Position numbers and translations under genes: made by a program. Positions 1 through 10,819 of a stretch of 64,000 nt of DNA are shown piece after piece (within the stretch, counting starts at the first letter, position 1; the number at the start of each line of letters is the position of its first letter). The DNA comes from Spirochaetia bacterium (lineage in GTDB: Bacteria > Spirochaetota > Spirochaetia > DSM-2461): assembly GCA_963668315.1 (NCBI GenBank), contig OY764216.1, positions 4,576,001 through 4,640,000 on the forward strand, read 5' to 3'. Below the pieces are notes generated by a model, which saw only the letters and a program-made list of their open reading frames with translations, searched no databases and was not told where the DNA came from.

Positions 1-221
1 AAAGAAAGAAGCTGGGAAGGACAATATCCCTCACGCGGCTAATATCCGAACGGTTATTTTGCAGGTAGAAGAGAATACTCGGTGTGGAAAATACTATATA
101 AAAAAGCAGAAGAAAGAAACTCAGCGTTTCCTGACCTTGCCTTCGCTGCATACGGGGCCTCCTTTTTTCCTAAGTATAATCGATGTGACGGTCCTATCAA
201 AGGAAATAAGCCATTCTATGG

Positions 222-283
222 CATGACCATGCTCAGGAAGCCGACCTGACTTATGGCAGGTTAAATTCCTGACCTATTACAGG
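222..283 (+). promoter_or_regulatory. Three tandem C(C/A)TGAC-N6-CAGG boxes at 23-bp period upstream of the efflux operon (candidate operator array)
   Basis: catgaccatgctcagg (222), cctgacttatggcagg (245), cctgacctattacagg (268). Confidence 0.5.
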
Positions 284-364
284 AGCTTTCCTGTACAATT
301 TCACTACATCTTCGCCGGAAACAATGAGATCCTTGTTATAGATCATGAAAACAGGAGATTATGC

Positions 365-1699
365 ATGAGAAAAATAACGGCTATACCGATTCTATTGCTG
401 GCGACCGCATTCTTTCTTTGGTCGGACCCCCTGGTCCTGGACAGAGATACTTGCGTGAATCTGGCCTTGGAAAAAAATCCCGATTTCCTTATATCGGGAA
501 TCGAACTCGACGCGGCGGACAGAGAGTACCGGAACTCATGGAACTCTTTTCTACCCGAGGTTTCAGCCACGGTGGGTCTTTCGGAAAGCAATTCCCTTTT
601 CGACAGCCGGGATTTGGATACGAGCTGGAGTTTCTCCGGGTCTCTGGATCTGAGTTTGAATCTCTCCGCCGGAATGGCGAACACCATCAAGAGCATCCGC
701 CTCGCCTACGAAAGCGAGCAAATAGATTTCGAATTGGCCAGAATCAGCCTGATCAGTCAGGTGGAAAGCGGCTTCTACTATCTACTGGCCAGCAGAAAGG
801 ATATGGAGATTGAAAAGAACAACCTCGACCTGGCTGTCAAACGGTACGAACAGACGAAAACCAACTTCGAAAACGGCTTCACGTCGGAGCTCTCCGTTCT
901 CCAGGCGCGGGTTAGCGCTGAAAACCTGAAGCCCGATTACCTTCAGACTACAGCCGATTACGACGCGGAGATAAGGGATTTTCTCATTATACTGGGCCTT
1001 AATCCGGACACGGAGGTGGTTCTCGAAGGCGACCTGAAGACCGAGATCCTGATGTTTGACAAGGAAAAACTTATCGACACCTACATAGGAAACAGACAGG
1101 ATATCCGCTCCCTGCAGAACAGTTTGGAATCGGCCAAGAACACAAAAAGCATGACCGCGCTTGACAGTAAGGCTCCTTCGGTCCAGCTGTCAGCCGGATG
1201 GAACACGAACGTATCGGACGCATTCGAGAACGAATCCTGGGATTCCGGCTCCTGGCAAGACGGGGTTTCCCTGGGCGCTTATCTCGTCATTCCCTTGGAC
1301 GACTGGGTCCCCGGTTCCTCAACGGACACCACGCTCCAGTCCCTGGAAGACAGCATCGAATCGGTCGCCATCAATCTGGCGAAAACCACCGATACGGCCC
1401 GGGCGGAGATAATCAACCTGGTGGACCAGCTGGAGACGACCGCTTCCCAGCTGACACTTTCGGAACTCAACGTGGAACTGGCCCTGGAATCGTACAGAAG
1501 GACCGAGGACAGCTACGCGAAGGGGTCCACGGAAAGGCTTGACGTGGAAGACGCCCAGCAGGATTACCAATCGGCGGAGCAGTCCTATATCTTAAGCCAG
1601 TATAACTATATATCGGGTCTGATCAGCCTCCGGACGGCCCTAGGGCTGGAAGAGACGGAAGAACTGATAGCTTTTACACAGAATACATCCCGAAATTAA
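365..1699 (+). CDS. TolC-family outer membrane efflux protein
   Basis: Signal peptide, ALEKNPD motif, YYLL and G...L.V..A repeats of the OEP family; first gene of an MFP/RND operon. Confidence 0.9.
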   Translation: MRKITAIPILLLATAFFLWSDPLVLDRDTCVNLALEKNPDFLISGIELDAADREYRNSWNSFLPEVSATVGLSESNSLFDSRDLDTSWSFSGSLDLSLNLSAGMANTIKSIRLAYESEQIDFELARISLISQVESGFYYLLASRKDMEIEKNNLDLAVKRYEQTKTNFENGFTSELSVLQARVSAENLKPDYLQTTADYDAEIRDFLIILGLNPDTEVVLEGDLKTEILMFDKEKLIDTYIGNRQDIRSLQNSLESAKNTKSMTALDSKAPSVQLSAGWNTNVSDAFENESWDSGSWQDGVSLGAYLVIPLDDWVPGSSTDTTLQSLEDSIESVAINLAKTTDTARAEIINLVDQLETTASQLTLSELNVELALESYRRTEDSYAKGSTERLDVEDAQQDYQSAEQSYILSQYNYISGLISLRTALGLEETEELIAFTQNTSRN

Positions 1700-1709
1700 G
1701 GAGATTGCC

Positions 1710-2708
1710 ATGAAAAAGGACAAGAAGGAAAAGAAAGAGAAAAAACCTCTGGGCGACAGAATTATGCAGATTGTTCTGCTGGGACTCATCGCTCTGGGAA
1801 TATTCACCATACCAGCCATGGTCGGCGGCGGTCCCGGAGCAGGGAGTGGCGGCCCCGGCGGAATGCCCGGCGGCGGCATGCCGGGAGGAGATATGCCGGC
1901 CATGGCCGGGGAAGAGGGCGACACCAAAGCGGTCGCCGTGGACGCGGCGGAAGTCGGTCTTTCGATGATCAGGGAGTACATCCGGGTGAACGGCGACGTG
2001 TCCCCCACCGCCTCGGTGAACCTCTACCCCGACGTATCCGGAGAGATCGTTTCGGTCCCCGTAACCATCGGGGACACGGTCTACAAAGGGCAGACAATAG
2101 CCGTGGTCGATCCGTCCCTACCCGGCCAGATATACAGCACAAGCAAGATGGATACCACGATAAGCGGTACCGTCACGGCTCTGAATTACGACATAGGCGA
2201 GACCGTGACGACCTCAACGGCTATCGCTACGGTGGGCAACCTGAACGAGCTGGAGATAGTCACCTACGTGCCGGAAAGGTACTCCGACTCCATACATACG
2301 GGGCTTAAGGCGGAGACCATGTTCGACGCATTCTCCGACGAAACCTTCACCGCCACGGTGACAGAAGTCAATCCCGTGCTGGATACATCCTCCCGTACGG
2401 TAAAGGTAACCCTGTCCCTGGATGGATCAGACAGACGGATTAAGGTAGGCATGTTCGCATCGATCAGACTCATTATCAAAGAAGAGGCCGACGTCGTTTC
2501 AGTTCCCGCCTCGGCTCTGACAAAGAATTACGAACAGAATGTAGTCTACGTCGTGGAAGACGGTATCGCCCGGATGCAAGAAGTGGAAGTGGGTCTGACC
2601 TCAGATGAGAACGTTCAGATAACAGAAGGCCTCTCTTTGGGAGAAAAGGTCATCACCCGGGGATTATCCGGCGTCGTGGACGGCTCTTCTGTCCGGATTG
2701 TCAATTAG
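1710..2708 (+). CDS. RND efflux periplasmic adaptor (membrane fusion protein)
   Basis: N-terminal TM, Gly/Pro/Met linker, lipoyl-like GD.V.KGQ, GMFA, VP..A, GL..GE.VI motifs. Confidence 0.92.
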   Translation: MKKDKKEKKEKKPLGDRIMQIVLLGLIALGIFTIPAMVGGGPGAGSGGPGGMPGGGMPGGDMPAMAGEEGDTKAVAVDAAEVGLSMIREYIRVNGDVSPTASVNLYPDVSGEIVSVPVTIGDTVYKGQTIAVVDPSLPGQIYSTSKMDTTISGTVTALNYDIGETVTTSTAIATVGNLNELEIVTYVPERYSDSIHTGLKAETMFDAFSDETFTATVTEVNPVLDTSSRTVKVTLSLDGSDRRIKVGMFASIRLIIKEEADVVSVPASALTKNYEQNVVYVVEDGIARMQEVEVGLTSDENVQITEGLSLGEKVITRGLSGVVDGSSVRIVN

Positions 2709-2717
2709 GAGGCAAGA

Positions 2718-5700
2718 ATGAATATATCGGAACTTGCGGTTAGAAGGCCGGTCACCATAGGCATCATCACGGTCCTGCTGGTGAGCATGGCCTTTTTCAT
2801 GATACCCAAACTGGCCGTGGCCATGATTCCCGACGTGGAAGCGCCCGTCGTTCTCGTCAGAACGTCCTATAGCGGAGCCAATCCCCTGGAAGTGGAGCAG
2901 AGCATAACGGAAATTCTCGAAAAGCAGCTCTCAGACGTGAGCGGCCTTAAATCGGTTACGTCCACGTCCTCTTCGGGAAGCAGCATCATCGTCCTGGAAT
3001 TCGGTTACGACAAGGATCTGACCGAAGCGGTCAACGATATCCGGGATTCCCTGGAAGGGGCCACGGACATGCTGCCCGACGACGCGGATTCGCCGGTCAT
3101 AATGAAGATAGACCTTAACAGCGAACCCATCATGAAGCTTATCATGGAGGGGGACGAATCGGCTGACACGATGAAGTGGCTGGCCGAAGATACGGTCCAG
3201 CCCCTCCTCGAGCGGATCGAGGGTGTGTCATCCGCCGACGTTACCGGTGGGGAAACGAGAGCCATACGGGTCGATCTTTCCCTTAACCGGCTGGAAGCCT
3301 ACGGCTTGACGGTTAGCCAGATCACTTCAGCCCTTTCTTCGCAGAATCTCCAGATGTCCGGGGGAACCCTTAATCTGGACAACCTCAACTACGACCTGAA
3401 AGTGGATGAGGAGTACGCCACGGTAGAAGAGATCGCCCGCACCGTGGTGGCGACCCTGAACCCTGAACTGGAACCGGGCGAGTCGGTGAACCGGTCCAGC
3501 ATAGTCCGTCTCGAGGACGTGGCCCATGTCTACGAGGGCTACGAGGAGAAGGAAAGCCTCTTCTATGTGAACGGCAAGCCGGCTATTTCCATAGAAATAA
3601 ATAACGAAAGCGACACCAATACGGTGAACGTAGCCAACTCGGTCAAGGAAGTTCTTCCCACGATCAACGAAAGCCTGCCCGAAGGGGTTAGCATCAAAAT
3701 ACTCGTGGACGATACGGACTATATAAACTCCGTTCTGAATCAGGTCTACTCATCGGCCTGGCAGGGAATCATTCTGGCCATGGCCATTCTTTTTCTCTTT
3801 CTCAGGAACTTGAGAAGCACCTTGATCATAGGCCTTTCCATTCCCGTTTCCATAATCATTACTCTCATGTTCATGTACTTCTTCGATATTACCCTGAACA
3901 TGATGTCCCTGACCGGGCTCATACTGGGGCTGGGCATGATCGTGGACAACTCCATAGTTATTCTGGAGAACATCCACCAGTACAGGGAGAGGGGGGCCAA
4001 GCTGAAGCCTTCCGCCATTCTCGGTTCCCAGGAGATGATCAATTCCATCACCGCGTCCACGCTGACGACGCTCTGCGTCTTCCTTCCCATGATCATCTGG
4101 AAGGACGGCCTTGAGATGATCGGAGAGATGTTCAGCGACATGATGTTCACCGTGGTCATCAGCCTGGTGGTCTCCTACCTGACCGCCGTGGCCCTCGTCC
4201 CCGCCCTGAGCAGCAAGTTCATCAAACTCTATACCCATAAGCAGCGCCCCATAAAGAATCACGTCCTTACAAAACTGGACCGACTGGGAAGCTCCGCTCT
4301 CGAAGGGATTGAGCGAGGATACAAAACCGGACTCGGCTTTGCTCTCAGGAACAGGCTCATGGTTATCACCTTGATCGTCGTCGCCCTCGTCTTCTCTATC
4401 GCCGGATTTTCCACTCTGGGCATATCCATCTTCCCCACGGACGATTCGGACGATTCGGTCATCATCGATGTGGAGATGCCCGTGGGAACGGACCTGGACA
4501 AAACGGAAGAAGTCCTCCTCCAGCTGAAGGATATCGTGACCGAAGAAATTACCGGATACGAGGAGCTGATTTTGTCTGTAGGCGGCTCGGGAATGTTCAG
4601 TTCAGGATCGACCAATGAGGGTTCCATAGAAATAACCCTGCCCGATCTGGAGGACCAGACCATTACGGCGGCGGAGATAGAGAACATACTCCGTCCCTAT
4701 ATCTCCCTCTTTCCAGATGCGGAGATAACCTTTGACTCGGGACAAGACTTCGGCTCCGGTAGCCCAGTAGACCTGGTCATCTACTCCAACGATTTGGATC
4801 TGGCCAGCGAAACGGCTACGACGATAAAGAATCTCATAAAGGAGCTTCCCGAGATCGTCGATCCCGTAACCGATATGGATGACGGTTCGCCGGAATACCG
4901 CGTAGTCATAGATAAGGACAGGGCTGCCGTCTACGGTCTTTCTGTCCAGGAAGTGGCCAGCGTCATAAACGGTCTCGTGGACGGGAGCACGCCCACCACC
5001 TATTGGGACGATTCGGAAGAGCTGGACGTGATCGTGCAGCTGGCCGAGGAGGACCGGGCGGGACTGCCCGACCTGGATGCTATCTACATCCTCACCGGAT
5101 CGGGGCAGAAGATATCCCTATCCAACCTGGCAACCTACACCCTGAGCGTGGGGCCGAAGGATATCAGCCGGGAAGACGAGACCAGAACGGTCCACGTCAC
5201 GGCCGATCTCACGCCCGGCGTAGGAGCGAACCAAATCCAGCCCCAGATCCAGTCCCTTCTGGACGAGAAGCTGATTCTGCCCGACGGCGTTTCCTATGAA
5301 TTCGCCGGAGACCAGATGGACTTCAAGGATATGGTCCCCACTCTGATCACGGTTTTCGTGGTGGCCCTTCTGATGATATTCGCCATCATGGCCAGCCAGT
5401 TCGAATCCCTGGCCGACCCGTTCATTATCTTCTTTTCCATTCCGCTCCTTCTGATAGGAGTTATGGGGATCTATCTGGTATCGGGCGCCGTGTTCAGCCT
5501 CTTCTCCTTCATAGGAATGGTTGTTCTCATGGGTATCGTCGTTAACAACGGTATCGTCATGGTGGACTACATGAACCTTCTGAGAAAGAGGGGTTACGGT
5601 CTTGACGAGGCGGTCATGGAGGGAGCCGTCAGCCGTCTCAGACCTGTTCTCATGACCAGTCTGACCACGATTCTCTCCATGGTGCCCATGGGATTCTTCC

Positions 5701-5879
5701 CCGGAGAAGGAACGGACATGATCCAGCCCATCGGGCAGACGATCGTGGGCGGGCTGACGTCCAGTACGCTCATCACCCTGTTTATCACGCCGGTCGTGTA
5801 TACCCTGGTGAACAGGGAAAAGAAAATTAAGAAATCCGACGCCGGTCCCGAAGAACCGGCCGGTAAGGCGATTGCATGA
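2718..5879 (+). CDS. RND efflux permease (AcrB/AcrD/AcrF family)
   Basis: 1053 aa; RRPV start, GMIVDNSIVILENI, GIVVNNGIVMVD and RLRPVLMTSLTT motifs. Confidence 0.96.
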   Translation: MNISELAVRRPVTIGIITVLLVSMAFFMIPKLAVAMIPDVEAPVVLVRTSYSGANPLEVEQSITEILEKQLSDVSGLKSVTSTSSSGSSIIVLEFGYDKDLTEAVNDIRDSLEGATDMLPDDADSPVIMKIDLNSEPIMKLIMEGDESADTMKWLAEDTVQPLLERIEGVSSADVTGGETRAIRVDLSLNRLEAYGLTVSQITSALSSQNLQMSGGTLNLDNLNYDLKVDEEYATVEEIARTVVATLNPELEPGESVNRSSIVRLEDVAHVYEGYEEKESLFYVNGKPAISIEINNESDTNTVNVANSVKEVLPTINESLPEGVSIKILVDDTDYINSVLNQVYSSAWQGIILAMAILFLFLRNLRSTLIIGLSIPVSIIITLMFMYFFDITLNMMSLTGLILGLGMIVDNSIVILENIHQYRERGAKLKPSAILGSQEMINSITASTLTTLCVFLPMIIWKDGLEMIGEMFSDMMFTVVISLVVSYLTAVALVPALSSKFIKLYTHKQRPIKNHVLTKLDRLGSSALEGIERGYKTGLGFALRNRLMVITLIVVALVFSIAGFSTLGISIFPTDDSDDSVIIDVEMPVGTDLDKTEEVLLQLKDIVTEEITGYEELILSVGGSGMFSSGSTNEGSIEITLPDLEDQTITAAEIENILRPYISLFPDAEITFDSGQDFGSGSPVDLVIYSNDLDLASETATTIKNLIKELPEIVDPVTDMDDGSPEYRVVIDKDRAAVYGLSVQEVASVINGLVDGSTPTTYWDDSEELDVIVQLAEEDRAGLPDLDAIYILTGSGQKISLSNLATYTLSVGPKDISREDETRTVHVTADLTPGVGANQIQPQIQSLLDEKLILPDGVSYEFAGDQMDFKDMVPTLITVFVVALLMIFAIMASQFESLADPFIIFFSIPLLLIGVMGIYLVSGAVFSLFSFIGMVVLMGIVVNNGIVMVDYMNLLRKRGYGLDEAVMEGAVSRLRPVLMTSLTTILSMVPMGFFPGEGTDMIQPIGQTIVGGLTSSTLITLFITPVVYTLVNREKKIKKSDAGPEEPAGKAIA

Positions 5880-6169
5880 AAAAAATAGAAATTGTAGCGA
5901 ACCAGGCCGTCGAGGAAGATATAGTCGAACTTCTGACCGAACTGGGATACGGAGAATCCTTCACCTACCAGCATCCCGTCTTCGGGCGGGGCAAAAGGGG
6001 CCGCCGGGAAGGATCGGCGATCTGGCCCGAAACGAATGTCATGTTCCTCCTCTATTTTGACGGAAGTGATGTGGATTCTTTCTTGAAGAGCTTCAGGGAA
6101 CTTAAGAACCGTTTCCCGGAAGAAGGCATAAAATGCTGGATTGGCGACGGATTATATGAGACTCTGTAG
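5876..6169 (+). CDS. PG0541-family, PII-like transporter-associated protein
   Basis: ATGA overlap with the RND gene; V.GRG..G.R.GSAIWPE.N motif. Confidence 0.8.
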   Translation: MKKIEIVANQAVEEDIVELLTELGYGESFTYQHPVFGRGKRGRREGSAIWPETNVMFLLYFDGSDVDSFLKSFRELKNRFPEEGIKCWIGDGLYETL

Positions 6170-6309
6170 ATGATTGTCATAATCTTTATTCTGTTCTCTC
6201 TGATAATACCGGGAGAACGGAATCATAGTGAGCAGGAGCTGAAAGGATCCAATACTTCAACCAGTCTAACTGGGGAGCAAATGAAAGAAGCTCAATTATA
6301 ATCTCTCCG

Positions 6310-6343
6310 GAGCATAAGCCTTATGGGCCTATGCTCTTTTTTC
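6310..6343 (+). terminator. Rho-independent terminator of the efflux operon
   Basis: gagcataagcc...ggcctatgctc hairpin followed by a T-run. Confidence 0.7.
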
Positions 6344-6396
6344 TTTGGCAATCGGCATAGCATCGGCTACAATATAAGTATGAGTTCTGAAAAAAA

Positions 6397-7650
6397 ATGT
6401 TTATCTCCCTCCAGTACAAAATCTCTTTTATCGTTTTCTGTTCCTGCCTGTTCGTTCTCCTGTCGGTGACGATTTTAACCCCCATCTTTATTTCAAATCA
6501 AATTGAAAAAGATATAAAGACTCATCTGAACGCTGAAATCGGCGCTATTCTTCTTGCGTTTATACAAGAGCAGGAAGATACCACCTGGGGAACAATTCAA
6601 TCGGCCCAGGCCTTCGCCGTGCAATTCTCTATACAGGACCTCACCCTTATCGAGGGTCTGGAACATATCCCTTTTCCCCGGAATAATCCAGGCGAACCTC
6701 CTTCTCCGGGGGACCGTCTTTTTTTTCGTCTGGCCGATATGAACGGCTTTGCCCTTCTGGGGTTCGATGAATACCCGGCGGGGTCGCAGATCCCTGCCGG
6801 AGAATTGAACAGATTCTCGCCTTTGTACGTTAAAGACAAACCGGCAGCATATATTTATTATCTGTCCCCCCCGCCCATGACCCGGAAGAATGAAGCACTC
6901 GTAGAATCGATGAAGAACACCATGAAGATCGGATTTTATATTGCCCTTATCGTCGCCCTTCTTGTCGGAATTGTATCCGGTTCAGGTATAACGAAGTCCT
7001 TGAGGCACCTGACCGAAATGGCCGCTAGTCTGAAAGAAGGATTAAGGGGACAGCAGATAAGAGAGATCAACTCCCGAGACGAAATCGGCCGATTGGCAAA
7101 AGTGCTGAATGAAATGAGCATTGAACTGGAAAAATCCCACAGGACAATAAAGGAGCTGGCCCTGACCGACGAACTGACAGGCTTGTACAACCGCCGGTTT
7201 TTCAATGAACAGATTAAGATTCTCGCTTCCAACGCCCATCGCTATGATCATAATCTGACAGTAGTTCTGGGAGATGTGGACCATTTCAAAAAGGTCAATG
7301 ATAATTTCTCCCATACCGTCGGAGACAAGGTGCTCACCCGCATAAGCGCAATTATCCAGGAGGGCGTCAGGGAAGGAGATCTCACGACCCGCTACGGAGG
7401 GGAAGAGATTGTCATTGTCCTTTCAGAATCGGACAGAGAAGAATCGGTTCGGATCATAGAGAGGATCAGGCAGAGCATAGAGTCCTGGCGATGGGAGGAG
7501 ATCGCTCCGGGGCTTAAGGTGACGATGAGCTTTGGCGTCTGTACGCTGAAAGCTCCTGAATCCTACCGGGAAATGGTGGAAGAGGCGGACAGGAGGCTAT
7601 ATATCGCGAAGGATTCGGGGAGGAACCGGGTAGTCGCCGAAGGAATATAA
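6397..7650 (+). CDS. Membrane-bound HAMP-GGDEF diguanylate cyclase
   Basis: Two TMs, HAMP (DEIGRLA..LN.M), TDELTGLYNRR, DVDHFK.VND, RYGGEE active site, RxxD I-site (REGD). Confidence 0.93.
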   Translation: MFISLQYKISFIVFCSCLFVLLSVTILTPIFISNQIEKDIKTHLNAEIGAILLAFIQEQEDTTWGTIQSAQAFAVQFSIQDLTLIEGLEHIPFPRNNPGEPPSPGDRLFFRLADMNGFALLGFDEYPAGSQIPAGELNRFSPLYVKDKPAAYIYYLSPPPMTRKNEALVESMKNTMKIGFYIALIVALLVGIVSGSGITKSLRHLTEMAASLKEGLRGQQIREINSRDEIGRLAKVLNEMSIELEKSHRTIKELALTDELTGLYNRRFFNEQIKILASNAHRYDHNLTVVLGDVDHFKKVNDNFSHTVGDKVLTRISAIIQEGVREGDLTTRYGGEEIVIVLSESDREESVRIIERIRQSIESWRWEEIAPGLKVTMSFGVCTLKAPESYREMVEEADRRLYIAKDSGRNRVVAEGI

Positions 7651-7673
7651 GGCGTCGATTGCCGTAGAACCGG

Positions 7674-8438
7674 TTAGCTCTTATCCTCCTGGGAATTCAG
7701 AATCAGAACACCGATCCATACGACCAGTAGGGAAAGTAGAACTGATCCAAGAGCTCCAAGATTTGTAACCGCTTTGTTCATGCTGGAGGAGATAGCGAAC
7801 CATGCGGGAAGAGACGGCGCGCCGTGGACAATGAAAACGAGCATGGGAAGGACGGGGAGGAATATCCATTCTCTGGCGCCTTTCAATATGTGGGAATGCA
7901 AGAGATAGACCAGAATCGTCAGACTGAGGATTGAGCTTCCATTGACAAATCCCCACCAGAGGGGAACCGTTCCGAAAAGCTTTACCGGCTGGTTAGAGCC
8001 GTAGTAGGTCCAGACGCCCAGTTTAACGAAAACCAGTTCCACGAGAAAAGCTCCCAGTACGGATACAGCGTAGGCAATCCACCATTTCCGGGGTGTAAAT
8101 CGGCCTTTCTTGAGCATGAACTCGATGATCAGTACTACGGGTATGGCGAAATACCAGGAATAGGCCAACATCGTCCAAACCGGGATCGGTCGGTCCAATA
8201 CGTTGACCGCTACGATCTGCCCGGTCTGGGGATGAAGACAATGCCCCAGAAGATTATTGACCGCTTCATAGGGGATCGCTATAAGCGAACCGATCAGGAC
8301 GAACAGGGGGTAGAGGGTTTTATCCTGGTTATACTTGACAATACTGTAGACAAGCATCGCCAGAACTCCGCCCCCCCAAAAGAAAATAGAGACGGTCTGG
8401 AACGTCTGCGGCATAACCGCAACGGGTGTTTCAATCAT
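7674..8438 (-). CDS. Hypothetical multi-pass membrane protein
   Basis: 254 aa, about 7 hydrophobic helices, ggag RBS; RPIP.W and GVWTYYG motifs. Confidence 0.75.
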   Translation of the reverse strand: MIETPVAVMPQTFQTVSIFFWGGGVLAMLVYSIVKYNQDKTLYPLFVLIGSLIAIPYEAVNNLLGHCLHPQTGQIVAVNVLDRPIPVWTMLAYSWYFAIPVVLIIEFMLKKGRFTPRKWWIAYAVSVLGAFLVELVFVKLGVWTYYGSNQPVKLFGTVPLWWGFVNGSSILSLTILVYLLHSHILKGAREWIFLPVLPMLVFIVHGAPSLPAWFAISSSMNKAVTNLGALGSVLLSLLVVWIGVLILNSQEDKS

Positions 8439-8544
8439 TTTAAACTCCGGTTAAGTAATTTCCGAAAGTTTACGGTGTAATTGAAAAGGATTGAAGGACA
8501 AAAGAATCGGGCCTGTATCCTAAGTAACAAAGAAGCGAAAAATG

Positions 8545-9111
8545 TTACCTTTCCAGAATCTCGGCGAGCTTTTCGGCTCCTTTCCAGAAGATATCGGAAG
8601 TATGGCGGGAGAGATCATCAAGGGGCAGATCAATCCTGCCTTCGAACCAGGAGAAATAGGCGGCGATAACGCCGCCGCTCAGGTATTCCGCATACAGGCC
8701 CATCTTCTTCTCATTGCCCCCTTTTCCTTTAGCGGCGATGATCCGACGGAAGAGTTCTTTCATGTCATAAACAAAGACATGGTAGAAATCCGTCACGACA
8801 AGTCTTCTGTAAAAATCGATATTGTTTTCGATTTCCCTGTTCAGGGAGACGAAGAGATCGCCCACGCTTGACGAATCGGTGATAAAATCGTTTCTGTAAA
8901 ATATCCCCTCAAGATTCTTCAGTATGGCTTCTTCGATTTCTGTCATGACATCATGGACCGAATCATAGTGGCTGTAAAAGGTTTTCCTGCTGATTCTCGC
9001 TTGGGAGGCGACTTCCGAGATAGATATGTCGCCGATGTTCTTTTCCATGAAGATTCCCAAAACGGTTTCTCTGATATTCTCCTTTGTTTTCTCGACTCTC
9101 AAATCGCTCAT
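8545..9111 (-). CDS. TetR/AcrR family regulator
   Basis: DLRVEKTK start, ISRKTFYSHY helix-turn-helix. Confidence 0.9.
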   Translation of the reverse strand: MSDLRVEKTKENIRETVLGIFMEKNIGDISISEVASQARISRKTFYSHYDSVHDVMTEIEEAILKNLEGIFYRNDFITDSSSVGDLFVSLNREIENNIDFYRRLVVTDFYHVFVYDMKELFRRIIAAKGKGGNEKKMGLYAEYLSGGVIAAYFSWFEGRIDLPLDDLSRHTSDIFWKGAEKLAEILER

Positions 9112-9695
9112 TGCCGGATAGCCTCCCCGTATAAACCGTCGGAACCAATCCGGCTTCGGTCAAAAATCTCCTGGGCTATGAGGGACAAAGTTTCTATGGG
9201 AATATTCCTCTCGCCGACAAGCCAGTTGTTATACACCGATATAATGCCCGCTGAGGCATACTCGGCACAAATATCGCCAACATCGGGATTGATGTCACTA
9301 TCGGCGGGAAAAATAGATAACAGAGCCTTCTTCAAAAGCCCTTTAAAACGAAGAAGGAAGAAATTATACGATGGAGACCGACAAACATGCCTGAAAAACA
9401 CCTGATTCTTCAGGGTAATGGCATTCAGACCATTGAAAAAACGAGATACGCTGAACTGGTCCATCTCCGCCAGAAGACTCTGAACGTCTTCCTCCAGGTC
9501 CGACACGATCTCATCGATCAGATCTCCCACGGAAGAGTAATGGGCATAGAAAGTTTTCCTGTCTATCTCGGCCCTCCGGGCGATAGCCGAGATAGTAATG
9601 GATGACAGATCATTTTCCAGCATTAGCTCGTGAAACACTTCACGGATTCTTCTTTTCGTCTTGACGACCCGCTTATCTCCACAAAAGTTCCCCAT
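9108..9695 (-). CDS. TetR/AcrR family regulator (paralog of the neighbour)
   Basis: DKRVVKTK, IDRKTFYAHY HTH; ATGA overlap with the next TetR gene. Confidence 0.9.
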   Translation of the reverse strand: MGNFCGDKRVVKTKRRIREVFHELMLENDLSSITISAIARRAEIDRKTFYAHYSSVGDLIDEIVSDLEEDVQSLLAEMDQFSVSRFFNGLNAITLKNQVFFRHVCRSPSYNFFLLRFKGLLKKALLSIFPADSDINPDVGDICAEYASAGIISVYNNWLVGERNIPIETLSLIAQEIFDRSRIGSDGLYGEAIRQ

Positions 9696-9808
9696 CTGTG
9701 GAATATTCCCTATTTACGGGATTTTTGTCAATTGCCCCTCCGGGAATCCCCCCTTATATTGTCAGCGTCTTTCGACAAAGGAATTATATATCATCGGAGG
9801 TATCCATT

Positions 9809-10564
9809 TTGGACAAACTAATCGCCATTTATCCTTCGCCCTATTCCCTGGAAGATTTTATCAGGGCCTTTAATCCGGATAACGGACAATTCATTTTATT
9901 ACTGATCGTTTCAGGGCTGACGTTTCTCTTCGGCTTTCTGGAATACATCTACAGCTTCCTTCTGGTAAGGAAGGACAAGAGCGCTCCCTTTCCCCCGTGG
10001 ATGCACACGTTCTATTTAGCCCATGACAGCATGGGAATCTTCGTATTTTTCTCCGCCTCAAAAGAGGTAGGCGGGTTCTGGTTCTTCGACGCCGCAGCCC
10101 TCTCCCTCGTCGTCTGGAATCTCTTCGAAGTCTACAATCTGTATAAATGCGTTACCACGGAACGGCAGGATTTGTGGGGACACCTCTACGAAGAACCAGT
10201 GACCCTGGCAAACGCGTTGATAAAAATCGTTGGACAGATCCTAATCTTCATAGGAATCGTCCATGTCTTAAGGATATTCATGCATGACAGCGCCATGTAC
10301 CAGTGGTTCCTCTTCACCAATGTCGTGATGGCCATCGTCCCCGGCCTCTACTGGGAGAAGAGGAAGTCCAGGAAGGGTACATCCCTTCCCCTAGCGATTG
10401 TGATCCTTCTTGGGACAGTCATCACTTTCCAGCCTTGGAGCATGTGGGCCCTGGTCAGCAATTATTTTTCAATGGGAGAGAATCCCTGGCTAATCTTTCT
10501 TGGTGCCGTATGTATTGGCAGCGCGGTGAGGAATATTATTGTACTCAAAAAACTTCCCAAATGA
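9809..10564 (+). CDS. Hypothetical multi-pass membrane protein with weak resemblance to Pyr4/PaxB-type membrane proteins
   Basis: Start moved to TTG 9809 (GGAGG at 9796-9800); about 7 TMs; PFP.WMHTFYLAHD and SRKGTS...LLGT segments. Confidence 0.7.
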   Translation: MDKLIAIYPSPYSLEDFIRAFNPDNGQFILLLIVSGLTFLFGFLEYIYSFLLVRKDKSAPFPPWMHTFYLAHDSMGIFVFFSASKEVGGFWFFDAAALSLVVWNLFEVYNLYKCVTTERQDLWGHLYEEPVTLANALIKIVGQILIFIGIVHVLRIFMHDSAMYQWFLFTNVVMAIVPGLYWEKRKSRKGTSLPLAIVILLGTVITFQPWSMWALVSNYFSMGENPWLIFLGAVCIGSAVRNIIVLKKLPK

Positions 10565-10819
10565 CCTCAAGTGTAATAAATAAAATGAAAAAAATGGAGA
10601 ATCAGTTATACTTCTCACTACAATCAGCGTCGAAAACCTGTCATGAGAAATAATCATAAAAGAATCAGTCTTTCATATAAAGTAGCTCATGCCTTCTTTT
10701 CATAATTTCAGGATCACTATCTTTATAAAATTCGCGAGTAATAGTAATGCTATACAACGAATCTATATCATTTTAAAAGAAGTGATATTGAGAATCCCGT
10801 AACTCTCTCCAACAGTCTT

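Noticed and set aside
1820..1915. GC-rich short repeats
   Set aside because: They encode the Gly/Pro/Met linker of the adaptor protein
6171..6302. 43-codon ORF before the efflux terminator
   Set aside because: Possible small protein, but no clear RBS or motif to support it
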